Positions 1 to 8,796 of a stretch of DNA of 64,000 nt are shown piece by piece (positions within the stretch are counted from its first letter, which is position 1; the number at the start of each line of letters is the position of its first letter). This DNA is from Candidatus Sulfotelmatobacter sp. (GTDB lineage Bacteria > Acidobacteriota > Terriglobia > Terriglobales > Acidobacteriaceae). The position numbers and the translations under genes were made by a program. Under the pieces are notes generated by a model. The model was not told where the DNA came from and did not search any database. It saw only the letters and a list, made by a program, of their open reading frames with translations. The DNA lies in assembly GCA_049800135.1 (NCBI GenBank), contig JBARJF010000103.1, positions 5,975 through 69,974 on the forward strand, given 5' to 3'.

Positions 1-14
1 CTGCGATTTTAGGT

Positions 15-1193
15 TTGTCGTTTGCGGTGTTGTCGTTCGTTGTGGTCGGCTCCTTCGGGGGCGTACATGCTTCTTCCAACGACGGCGCCTACCGGCAGAT
101 GCAAGTGTATAGCGAAGTATTATCGCGGGTGCAAAGTGAATACGTGGTTGACCCGGACATTCCGAAAGTAACAGACGGGGCCCTGCACGGCCTGATGGAG
201 TCGCTGGACGCGGACTCGAGCTACTTGACGCCCGCGGCCTACAAGGCGCTCAAGGAACACCATGTGGAGGCCAAGGGGGAGATCGGGGCGACGATCTCGA
301 AACGCTTTGGATATGCGGACGTGGTTTCGGTGCTGCCGGGATCGCCGGCGGACAAGGCCGGGATTGAAGATACGGACATCTTCGAGTCGATCGAGGGCAG
401 GAGCACGCGCGACATGTCCCTGCCGGAGATTCGCGACGCGCTCTCCGGGACACCGGGGACAAGCGTAAATGTTTCGGTGGTGCGGGCGCGCCGCGCTGAG
501 CCGGAGAAGATGGCGATCATGCGGCAGCTGGTGAGTATTCCGCCGGTTTCCGACAAGATGCTGGAAGACGGTATCGGCTACATCAAGGTGGATACTCTGA
601 CCAAGGGCAAGGCGCAGGAGATCGCCGGGAAGATTAAGTCGCTGGAAAAAGCGGGAGCGAAGAAGCTGGTTCTGGATTTGCGGGACACGTCGGAGGGCGA
701 AGAAAGCGAGGGCATTGCCACTGCGAATCTTTTCCTGAATCATGGCACGATCACATATCTGCAAGGGCAGAAGTTTCCGCGAGAGGCGTTCAATGCGGAT
801 CCGGCAAAAGCGATCACGACGCTTCCGGTGGCCGTGCTGGTGAACGAGGGGACAGCGGGAGCGGCTGAGATAGTGGCGGCGGCGATCCTGGAAAATGCGC
901 GCGGCGATGTAGTCGGCGACAAGACCTTCGGAGACGGATCGGTGCAGAAAACGATCGACCTGCCGGACGGCGGGGCGCTGATTCTCTCGGTGGCGAAATA
1001 TTATTCGCCCAGCGGGAAGGCGATTCAGGATGTGGCGGTAACCCCGAATGTGCTGGTAGCGGACGAGTCCGACAGCGTTTTTTCTGACGACGATGGAGAG
1101 GAATCCGTTCCCGCGCAAGCGGCCAAGCCTAAGGCCACGCCGGACGATCAGTTGCAGAAGGCCATCGAGGTATTGAAGAGCCGGACGAGCTAA
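15..1193 (+). CDS. S41-family C-terminal processing peptidase homologue (signal peptide + PDZ + S41 core), predicted catalytically inactive
   Basis: 392-aa ORF with a hydrophobic N-terminus and a PDZ-like 'VVSVLPGSPADKAGIEDTDI'. The S41 core 'VLVNEGTAGAAEIV...GDKTFGDGSVQ' aligns to the Prc/CtpA block 'SASASEI...TFGKG'. The nucleophile Ser is Gly (codon 858-860) and the base Lys is Asp (codon 933-935). The frame is open to the window edge, so the true start may lie upstream. Confidence 0.8.
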   Translation: MSFAVLSFVVVGSFGGVHASSNDGAYRQMQVYSEVLSRVQSEYVVDPDIPKVTDGALHGLMESLDADSSYLTPAAYKALKEHHVEAKGEIGATISKRFGYADVVSVLPGSPADKAGIEDTDIFESIEGRSTRDMSLPEIRDALSGTPGTSVNVSVVRARRAEPEKMAIMRQLVSIPPVSDKMLEDGIGYIKVDTLTKGKAQEIAGKIKSLEKAGAKKLVLDLRDTSEGEESEGIATANLFLNHGTITYLQGQKFPREAFNADPAKAITTLPVAVLVNEGTAGAAEIVAAAILENARGDVVGDKTFGDGSVQKTIDLPDGGALILSVAKYYSPSGKAIQDVAVTPNVLVADESDSVFSDDDGEESVPAQAAKPKATPDDQLQKAIEVLKSRTS

Positions 1194-1382
1194 CCACGGG
1201 AAAGAGTTTGGATTCCGTGGTGAGCAGTTCGTGACACCATCTGATCCAGCACATCTGGTATCCGCCGCTTCCGGCTTGCTTCGTCTCCGGCTTCCATCTC
1301 AGCGTACTCGTTCATCGTGACGGTGTTAACTGCGGTGTCGTCCAGATCACCTGCCGCCCTGCTATTCTGAACATATCTCGCC

Positions 1383-3605
1383 ATGAAGCCGCTCTATGAA
1401 GACCTTCCGCCGGTGGAAATTGCCGGGCGGAAGTTTGTGGGCCGCGTGTTGTTTGGCCTGCTGGCTCTGGTATCCGCCCTGGTGGGAGCCACGGCGGGAC
1501 TTCTGCTGGTCTACACCACCGATCTGCCGCAGGTGGAAGCACTGGAGGCGTACCGGCCGAGCTCGACGACGGAGTTGTATGACGATCACGGGCGCGTGAT
1601 TGGATCGTTTGCGCTGCAGCGGCGGGTGGTGGCCAGCTACGACGATTTCGCCCCGGTGCTGCGGGAAGCGCTGGTTTCCATTGAAGACAAGGACTTCTAC
1701 CGGCACTCGGGAATCAACTTCTGGCGCATCGTGGGAGCAGCTTATCGCGACATCGAATCAGGCGGAAAGGTGCAGGGAGCGTCGACGCTGACCATGCAGT
1801 TGGCGCGCAACCTGTTTCTTTCACCCGACCGCTCGTTCCACCGGAAAGTGCAGGAGGCGCTGCTGGCGATCCAGATCGAGCGCCACTTCACCAAACCGCA
1901 AATCTTCACGCTGTACGCCAATCAGATTTTTCTCGGGCACGGAGTGTACGGGTTCGAGGCGGCTTCGGAGTTTTACTTCGACAAGCCGGCGCGGAACCTT
2001 ACGCTGACCGAAGCCACACTGCTGGCGGGTCTGCCCAAGGGTCCGGGAGTGTATTCGCCGATCAACCATCCCGAGCGCGCGCTGAAGCGGCGGAACCTGG
2101 TCATCAACGCCATGCTGGAAGATGGAAAGATTACCGCGGCCCAGGCGGCGGATGCGCGGTCGGCGCCGCTTGGTTTGCACCTGCAACATGATCCCAACTC
2201 GCTGGCTCCCTATTTCGTGGAGGAAATACGGCAGTATCTGGAAAATAAGTACGGAACCGACCAGGTGCATGAAGGCGGATTGAAGGTGTATACCTCACTC
2301 GATGTTGACCTGCAAAAAGCCGCGAACCATGCGGTGCTGGACGGTCTGGCGGCTTATGAGCGGCGGCGCGGATGGAAGGGGCATCTGGAGAACGTGGTGG
2401 CGGAAGGAATTCCGATCAAAAAGTATGAGCACCCCGACTGGGAGGATGAGCCGGAAGTGAATGGATACGTGCATGCGCTGGTGACCTCATCCGGCATTGG
2501 GATTGCGACGCTAAAGTTTGGACGGTACTCGGCGGCTCTGGGACAAGCGGACGTGGCCTGGACTCATGGCAAGATGCAAAACCTGCTGCGGGCAGGAGAC
2601 ATCTGCTACGTCAAGATTCTGTCTCTGAACTCCAATGGATCGGCGCGCGTGAGCCTGGAACAGGATTCGGGCGCGCAGGGAGCGCTGGTGGCGATTGACA
2701 ACGCGACGGGTGGAATCAAGGCGATGGTGGGCGGAAGGGATTTCAACGAATCCAAATTCGACCGCGCGACGCAGGCGTTGCGGCAGGTTGGGTCGTCGTT
2801 CAAGCCGTATGTCTACACCGCGGTGATAGACCAGGGGGGAAGTCCGAACGACACCGTTCTGGATGAGCCAGTCACGTTTGAGACCGGTTCCGGTCCATAT
2901 TCGCCGCATGATTATGACGACAAATTCGAAGGGCTCATCACGCTGCGGCGTGCGCTGGCGCAGTCGCGGAACATACCGGCGCTGAAGCTGGCCGACAAGA
3001 TCGGGATCAAGACCGTGATCGACTACGCGGAGCGTTTTGGAATCACCGCACGGTTGCCGCCGTACTTGCCGGTGGCGCTGGGCGCGGCCGAAATCACTCT
3101 GATGGAGCAGACTTCGGCCTACAGCGTGTTTCCGAATGACGGAGTGCGCGTTACGCCCCGCTACATCACCAAGGTGACCGACTACGAGGGGCGGGTGCTG
3201 GAAGAGGATTATCCCGACGTGAAGGATGTAGTCAGCGCGCGCACGGCCCGAATCATGACCGGGATGCTGCGGGAGGTGGTGCTGCACGGAACCGGAGAGG
3301 CGGCGGCGAAGATGCCCTATGCGATTGCCGGAAAAACCGGCACGACCAACGATTTCACGGACGCGTGGTTTGTGGGATTCTCGCCGACGATCACTTGCGG
3401 CGTGTGGGTTGGATTCGACGAAAAAAAATCGCTGGGCGATAGGGAAACGGGAGCCCGCGCGGCGCTGCCGATCTGGATGAACTTCATGAGCGCGGCCATG
3501 GCGGGAACAAACCCGGGGCAGTTCCAGCCGCCTCCGGACCTGCCGGTGACTGCGCCGAAAGTAGATACGCCGGATACGTCGCCGGGTGAGGATGAGACGC
3601 ACTAA
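1383..3605 (+). CDS. mrcA: Penicillin-binding protein 1A (bifunctional GT51 transglycosylase / D,D-transpeptidase)
   Basis: 740 aa with an N-terminal TM helix. GT51 motifs 'EDKDFYRHSGIN' and 'GASTLTMQLARN'. Transpeptidase motifs SxxK 'SSFKP', SxN 'SRN' and 'KTGTT'. Confidence 0.95.
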   Translation: MKPLYEDLPPVEIAGRKFVGRVLFGLLALVSALVGATAGLLLVYTTDLPQVEALEAYRPSSTTELYDDHGRVIGSFALQRRVVASYDDFAPVLREALVSIEDKDFYRHSGINFWRIVGAAYRDIESGGKVQGASTLTMQLARNLFLSPDRSFHRKVQEALLAIQIERHFTKPQIFTLYANQIFLGHGVYGFEAASEFYFDKPARNLTLTEATLLAGLPKGPGVYSPINHPERALKRRNLVINAMLEDGKITAAQAADARSAPLGLHLQHDPNSLAPYFVEEIRQYLENKYGTDQVHEGGLKVYTSLDVDLQKAANHAVLDGLAAYERRRGWKGHLENVVAEGIPIKKYEHPDWEDEPEVNGYVHALVTSSGIGIATLKFGRYSAALGQADVAWTHGKMQNLLRAGDICYVKILSLNSNGSARVSLEQDSGAQGALVAIDNATGGIKAMVGGRDFNESKFDRATQALRQVGSSFKPYVYTAVIDQGGSPNDTVLDEPVTFETGSGPYSPHDYDDKFEGLITLRRALAQSRNIPALKLADKIGIKTVIDYAERFGITARLPPYLPVALGAAEITLMEQTSAYSVFPNDGVRVTPRYITKVTDYEGRVLEEDYPDVKDVVSARTARIMTGMLREVVLHGTGEAAAKMPYAIAGKTGTTNDFTDAWFVGFSPTITCGVWVGFDEKKSLGDRETGARAALPIWMNFMSAAMAGTNPGQFQPPPDLPVTAPKVDTPDTSPGEDETH

Positions 3606-3672
3606 TTGCGTGAAGTCGCAATCGACTCCGCGAATTTGCTCAGGACTGATTAAAATATAATCTGCACGTTTT

Positions 3673-4410
3673 ATGAAATCTCTATTCCGCTTTGCGATGA
3701 TGGCGCTGGTGCTGGTGTTTGTGGCGCTGGTGTCGGCGCTGACGGCGATGCGATTTGCCATTCATGGGCAAGAAGTGGAAGTGCCCGCGCTCATTGGTCT
3801 GACGCCTGCGGAGGCGGAACACGCCGTTGCCGGGCTGGGATTGCAGTTCGAAGTGGAGCGGCAGTATTACAGTCCGAAGATTCCCGAGGGAAAGATCATG
3901 ACCCAGGTGCCGCTGCCGGAAACGAAAGTGCGGCGGGGTTGGGAAGTGCGCGTGGCGCAGAGCATGGGACCGCAGCGGGTAGTGATCCCGGACGTGACAA
4001 AGGAAAGCGAGCGCGCGGCGGAATGGAATCTGCGGCGGCGCGGGCTGGATGTGGCTTCGACGGCGGAGATGCAGTTGCCGGGAACACCCGCCGACCAGGT
4101 GCTGGCGCAAAGCCCGCCGGCAAATGCCAGCCAGGTGGCAGCGCCCAGAACGAGCCTGCTGGTAACCGCGCAGGCCAATCCGCCAGCTTACGTGATGCCG
4201 AGTTTTGTGGGACAACCCCTGGGCAGCGCGAGCCGCACGCTGCAGGATGCAGGCTTCAAGTTGGGCAACGTTGGGGTTGCGCCGCCGTCTCCATCCGGCG
4301 CGTCGTCTAAACCGTCACCAACCAGCATCATCGTGACGCAAACACCGCCGGCTGGACAGAAGGTTGTGGCGGGCGCGGTGGTGAACCTCGAAGTGGGTGA
4401 AACGCGATAA
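3673..4410 (+). CDS. Membrane-anchored protein with three PASTA domains and no kinase or PBP domain
   Basis: 245 aa with an N-terminal TM 'FAMMALVLVFVALVSALTAM'. Three ~65-aa units each start with a (V/I)P..(G/T) pattern ('VEVPALIGLTPAEAEHAVAGLGL', 'VVIPDVTKESERAAEWNLRRRGL', 'YVMPSFVGQPLGSASRTLQDAGF'), typical of PASTA. Confidence 0.8.
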   Translation: MKSLFRFAMMALVLVFVALVSALTAMRFAIHGQEVEVPALIGLTPAEAEHAVAGLGLQFEVERQYYSPKIPEGKIMTQVPLPETKVRRGWEVRVAQSMGPQRVVIPDVTKESERAAEWNLRRRGLDVASTAEMQLPGTPADQVLAQSPPANASQVAAPRTSLLVTAQANPPAYVMPSFVGQPLGSASRTLQDAGFKLGNVGVAPPSPSGASSKPSPTSIIVTQTPPAGQKVVAGAVVNLEVGETR

Positions 4411-4413
4411 CGG

Positions 4414-5808
4414 TTAAATCTTCTCCAGGATCGCGGCGAAAAAACCGTCGCAGGGATGAACCCCAGGCAGCGTGCGCAGGTAGGGACCGCGGGTGAGCGC
4501 GGAAGCATCCGGCCAAATCAGTTCGCCCTCTTCCTGGAGTCGGTCAAGCTCGACACCGCAATCGAGCACATGGAAGGATGAATTTTCCGCCAGTGTCCGT
4601 TCGATGACGTCTTCATTTTCTTCTTTTTCCAAAGAGCAGGTTGAATAGATGAGCCGGCCTCCGGCGGCGACTTGGGCCAGAGCCGAACGCAGAATCGCTA
4701 GCTGGCGCACTTGCAGGTCGGCGAGGTCCTGGGGCGTGAGCCGCCACTTGATTTCCGGGTTGCGGGAAAGCGTGCCTGTGCCCGAGCAGGGCACATCGGC
4801 GAGAACCAGGTCGAACTTTGCGGCGAAAGGCAGATCTCGCGCGTCGGCGGCGAGCACGCCGATATTGCTTAGCGGCTGGGTGGGTGCATCATGCGCCGCT
4901 AGTAGCTTTCGCAGCAGACGTGCGCGGTGAGGATGAAGCTCAATCGCCGTAATATCCGCGTTAGGATTGCGATCGGCAAGGGCCAGAGTTTTTCCTCCGG
5001 GCGCCGCGCAACAATCAAGAATCTGCGAGCCGCGCCCGGCGAGAGCTGAGACGAGCTGCGAAGCTTCATCCTGAATTGCATAAAGGCCAGCGCGGAAAGT
5101 GGAGGGTTGGGTGATGTCTCCGTGGTGCACTCGCCGCGCGGAGGCCAGCAATTTGCCGGGAGCGAGTTTGATTCCGGCGGCGTGGAGCTGGCTTTCTGCT
5201 TCAGCGCGTCGAAGACGGATTGCGGTCACGGGAACGGCTTGGTTGCAGTCGCAAATGCGAACAGCGGAGGCGAGCCCATAGGCATGGATCCAGCGTTCCA
5301 CGAGCCACAGCGGGTGCGCGCTGGAGGCAGCGAGAGTCTCAGATGAAGCGCTGCCGATCGCCGATTGCGACGAGCGGTCAACGTATGAGGCGCCGGCGGC
5401 GAGCTTGCGTAGGACGGCGTTGACGAACGGGGCGGCGGAACGCTTGCGCGCGCGTTTGACGAGCTCGACGCTCTCGTTTATGGCGGCGCGGGCGGGAATG
5501 CGGCTGAGCCAGCCCAGTTGGTAAACAGCGAGGCGGAGCGCGGTGAGAATCTCAGGATCGAGTTTGGAGAGCGGCTGATTCGAGCCTGCGGCAATTTCTG
5601 AGTCAAGCATCGACCGCCAGCGCAGAACCCCCATGACCAGCTCCGTTGCCAAGGAGTGGTCGACATCCGTGAGCCCGTCATAAGTGCGGGAATGGAGGAG
5701 TTCGGATGGGTAAGAAGACTCGCGCTCGACGCGCAGCAGGATGTCGAATGCGGCGGCCCGGGCTGGAGAAACTTTGGAAAACGAAGATCGAGCTTCTGGT
5801 TTCACCAT
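4414..5808 (-). CDS. rsmB: 16S rRNA (cytosine967-C5)-methyltransferase RsmB
   Basis: NusB-like N-terminus plus a SAM-dependent m5C methyltransferase core ('DCCAAPGGKT', 'DVPCSGTGT', 'YSTCSL'). It follows fmt as in the conserved def-fmt-rsmB string. I prefer the ATG at 5808 over the TTG at 5838. Confidence 0.9.
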   Translation of the reverse strand: MVKPEARSSFSKVSPARAAAFDILLRVERESSYPSELLHSRTYDGLTDVDHSLATELVMGVLRWRSMLDSEIAAGSNQPLSKLDPEILTALRLAVYQLGWLSRIPARAAINESVELVKRARKRSAAPFVNAVLRKLAAGASYVDRSSQSAIGSASSETLAASSAHPLWLVERWIHAYGLASAVRICDCNQAVPVTAIRLRRAEAESQLHAAGIKLAPGKLLASARRVHHGDITQPSTFRAGLYAIQDEASQLVSALAGRGSQILDCCAAPGGKTLALADRNPNADITAIELHPHRARLLRKLLAAHDAPTQPLSNIGVLAADARDLPFAAKFDLVLADVPCSGTGTLSRNPEIKWRLTPQDLADLQVRQLAILRSALAQVAAGGRLIYSTCSLEKEENEDVIERTLAENSSFHVLDCGVELDRLQEEGELIWPDASALTRGPYLRTLPGVHPCDGFFAAILEKI

Positions 5809-5855
5809 GGCCAGTATGACGGAAGTACGCGGCGCCAAGCAGAAATTCGTTCTGG

Positions 5856-6797
5856 CTAGGAGCTGAGCTTCTCGCCGGGCAGAGGGCGATAGCCGCGAAG
5901 AAAGTCAGAGGCAGAAGTGAGCCGCTTACCTTCCAGTTGGATTTCGAGGAGTTCGATTGCGGTGCTGTGGCCGCAGCCGGTAAATAGACGGTCGCCTTCC
6001 ACCTTCAGTTCAGATATCGGCACAATTCCATCAAGCGCAACAGCCTTCCGTATTTGTAGATTCTTGCCGCGAAATTTCGAATATGCGCCGGGCCAGGGTT
6101 GAAAGCCGCGCAGGCGGTTCAGGATCTCGGCCGCGGGACGGGAGAAATCGATGAGGCCATCCTCTTTCTTGAGGATGGGAGCGAGGGTGGCTTGGGCGTG
6201 ATCTTGTTGGCGGGGATGAATCACGCCAGATTGCAGGCCGCGCAGAGTTTTAGCCGTGAGGTCCGCTCCCACGGCCGCCAGCTTTGGGGTTAGCGTCTCT
6301 GCAGTGTCGCCGGGAGCGATTGGAAGCTCTTGTTGCAGAAGAATATCGCCGGTGTCGAGGCCGGCGTCGATCTTCATCGTAGTGACTCCGGTGGTGCTTT
6401 CACCCCGGGCAATGGCCCACTGAATGGGCGCGGCGCCGCGATATTTGGGCAAGAGCGAGGCATGCAGGTTGATGTTGCCGAGGGGAGGAAGATCGAGCAT
6501 CCACTGCGGAATGATGCGGCCGTAACCGACTACGATTATGGCATCGGGCTTCAGAGCGGCGAGTTGAGCGCGGAAGGCAGAGTTGTTCTTGATGCTTTCT
6601 GGCTCAACGACCGGCAATTCAAGGTTTAGAGCGCGCTGCTTTACCGCGGAGGAAACCAGCGCGAGGCCGCGTCCTTTCGGCCGGTCCGGCTGGGTGACCA
6701 CGAGTTGGATGTGGAATCCAGTCTCGACCAGCTTGTCGAGCGTGGGCACGGCGAACGGGGGTGTGCCGCAGAAGACGAGATTGGGGGATTGGGACAT
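5856..6797 (-). CDS. fmt: Methionyl-tRNA formyltransferase
   Basis: 'LVFCGTPPFAVPTL' N-terminus and 'NLHASLLPKYRGAAPIQWAI' formyltransferase motif. The ORF-track start at 6851 adds a Cys/Arg-rich extension, so I prefer the internal ATG at 6797. The start is uncertain. Confidence 0.92.
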   Translation of the reverse strand: MSQSPNLVFCGTPPFAVPTLDKLVETGFHIQLVVTQPDRPKGRGLALVSSAVKQRALNLELPVVEPESIKNNSAFRAQLAALKPDAIIVVGYGRIIPQWMLDLPPLGNINLHASLLPKYRGAAPIQWAIARGESTTGVTTMKIDAGLDTGDILLQQELPIAPGDTAETLTPKLAAVGADLTAKTLRGLQSGVIHPRQQDHAQATLAPILKKEDGLIDFSRPAAEILNRLRGFQPWPGAYSKFRGKNLQIRKAVALDGIVPISELKVEGDRLFTGCGHSTAIELLEIQLEGKRLTSASDFLRGYRPLPGEKLSS

Positions 6798-6886
6798 CCG
6801 GCGATTTTGCGACTGGGTCATCGAGCAATCACAATGCGCGGGCAATCGCAATTGCCCTATCGCTCAATTACCCAATCATAAATTCT

Positions 6887-7396
6887 CTACCATTCTCCGG
6901 CTTTGACCAGCTTGCGAATTTTGCGTTTGATCAAGTCTCGTTTGAGCGCGCTGATGTGGCTGATATAGAGCTTGCCGTTGAGGTGATCGGTTTCGTGTTG
7001 AAAGGCACGGGCCAGCAGGTCATCGCCGGTCTTCTCAAAAATTGTCCCGGTCAGATCCTGGGCGCGAACGGTGACTACGTGCGCGCGACTCACATTTTCG
7101 CGGAAGTCCGGAATGCTGAGGCAGCCTTCGCTCTGCGTATGCCGGCCTTCTTTGTGGATAATCTCCGGGTTGACGAGGACCACTTTGGCGGCAGGGTCTT
7201 CTTTGAATGTGACGTCGATAACTGCGATGCGGCGCGAGATCCCGATCTGCGGCGCGGCCAGGCCCACGCCCCGGGCAGCATACATCGACTCGAACATATC
7301 CTCGATCAGCTTCTTCAGTTCCTCGTCGAAGACCGTGACTTTCTCGGCCGGCTTCTCGAGGACGGGGTTTCCGAACTTCACAATGGGATAGATCAT
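6887..7396 (-). CDS. def: Peptide deformylase
   Basis: Three PDF motifs: 'GVGLAAPQIG', 'EGCLSIP', 'HETDHLNG'. The start ATG at 7396-7394 overlaps the aroC stop (TGATG). The ORF-track extension to 7543 runs inside aroC. Confidence 0.95.
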   Translation of the reverse strand: MIYPIVKFGNPVLEKPAEKVTVFDEELKKLIEDMFESMYAARGVGLAAPQIGISRRIAVIDVTFKEDPAAKVVLVNPEIIHKEGRHTQSEGCLSIPDFRENVSRAHVVTVRAQDLTGTIFEKTGDDLLARAFQHETDHLNGKLYISHISALKRDLIKRKIRKLVKAGEW

Positions 7397-8568
7397 CAGT
7401 AGTTTTTCAGTTGCAGACAGTAACCCTGGAAATTGCGCAGGGTTTCTCCCATGGAATCGCCGCCAAATTTCTCGAGAGCGCAGCGCGCCAGGGTCAGCGC
7501 AACCATGGACTCGGCTGCGACTCCGGCGGCCGGGACAACACAAACATCGGAGCGCTCGTACGCGGCGCTTACGGGTTGGCGCGTGGAGAAATCGACCGAT
7601 TTTAGCGGGCGGCGCAAGGTGGAGATCGGTTTGAGGTAGCCGCGCACGCGAACCTCCTCGCCGTTGGAGACGCCGCCTTCGATTCCGCCGGCGTTGTTGC
7701 GCGTGCGGGTGAAACCGCTCAAGGTCGACGGCGGATCATAGCCGATTTCATCGTGGACAATAGAGCCTGGCGACGCGGCTGCGGTAATGCCGGAGCCGAT
7801 CTCAACTGCCTTCACCGCCTGCAGCGACATAACCGCGGCTGCCAACAGAGCGTCCAGGCGTTCGTCCCACTGCGCGTAGGTGCCCAAGCCGGGCGGGACG
7901 CCATGAGCAACCACTTCGAATACTCCTCCGACCGAATCGCCGGTTCTGAGAACTTTGTCAACTTCTTCTTTCATGCGCAACTCGGTTTCAGGGAAGGCGC
8001 AGTTCAGCAAAACTTCTTCCTGATCATAAAGAGCCTGAACACGCTCCCAGGGGACTTCCTGTGGCAGGGCCACGTTGCCGACGGCGATGACGTGGCTGAG
8101 AACGTCAATCCCGAGTTCGCGCAGAAAGGTCTTAGCCAGGCCGCCGATGGCGACGCGAGCGGCGGACTCGCGCGCCGAGGCGCGCTCCAGAACGTAGCGG
8201 GCTTCGGGAAAATTGTATTTCAGGGCCCCCGCCAGGTCGGCGTGCCCGGGACGCGGAGAGGCTACACGCTTGTGGCGGGCGGGGTCACCTTCGCCGACCG
8301 GCAGGACGTCCTGCCAGTTTTTCCAATCCTTATTTTCGAGTTGGACGGAAATAGGCGAGCCAATGGTGATGCCGTGGCGGACACCGGAGAGGATGTGGGC
8401 GGTGTCGCGCTCAATTTTCATGCGGCCGCCGCGGCCATAGCCCTGCTGCCTGCGCCAGAGTTCGCGATCGAGAAATGCCTGGTCCACTTTCAGCCCAGCG
8501 GGCAGGCCCGAGAGAAAGGCGACCAGAGCTTCCCCGTGAGATTCTCCGGCAGTGAAATAGCGCAGCAT
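7396..8568 (-). CDS. aroC: Chorismate synthase
   Basis: 390 aa with 'MLRYFTAGESHGEALV' and 'GRSSARETA'-type 'RASARESAARV'. Full-length colinearity with AroC. Confidence 0.97.
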   Translation of the reverse strand: MLRYFTAGESHGEALVAFLSGLPAGLKVDQAFLDRELWRRQQGYGRGGRMKIERDTAHILSGVRHGITIGSPISVQLENKDWKNWQDVLPVGEGDPARHKRVASPRPGHADLAGALKYNFPEARYVLERASARESAARVAIGGLAKTFLRELGIDVLSHVIAVGNVALPQEVPWERVQALYDQEEVLLNCAFPETELRMKEEVDKVLRTGDSVGGVFEVVAHGVPPGLGTYAQWDERLDALLAAAVMSLQAVKAVEIGSGITAAASPGSIVHDEIGYDPPSTLSGFTRTRNNAGGIEGGVSNGEEVRVRGYLKPISTLRRPLKSVDFSTRQPVSAAYERSDVCVVPAAGVAAESMVALTLARCALEKFGGDSMGETLRNFQGYCLQLKNY

Positions 8569-8796
8569 AAGTGCTCGATTCTACCTGATGCAGAGTCACT
8601 CCGGAATTTGGGTATGGAGAAAAGTTAGGTGCTGGTGAGGCGCGTGACCCACAAAAAGCATCCCCGGTGTGATTTTCGGATGCGCTGGATTGCGAATGGT
8701 TGTTACAATACCGAGACTCCGTGTTCTTTCGTAGTTTGAGGACGCCGAATCGTCCGCGTCATTTTGCAAACTCTGGCCAAACTAAGGAGGAACTGT

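Noticed and set aside
120-1118. Long antisense or alternative-frame ORFs shadowing well-supported genes. Examples:
- 120-1118
- 2511-3761
- 23239-24393
- 27835-28833
- 28921-29841
- 33106-34338
- 35135-35974
- 54760-56004
- 58643-59518
- 60494-61618
- 62641-63654
   Set aside because: Each lies opposite, or out of frame with, a CDS that has clear family motifs. Their translations are Arg/Gly/His/Pro-rich with no motifs. Long stop-free antisense frames are expected in GC-rich DNA.
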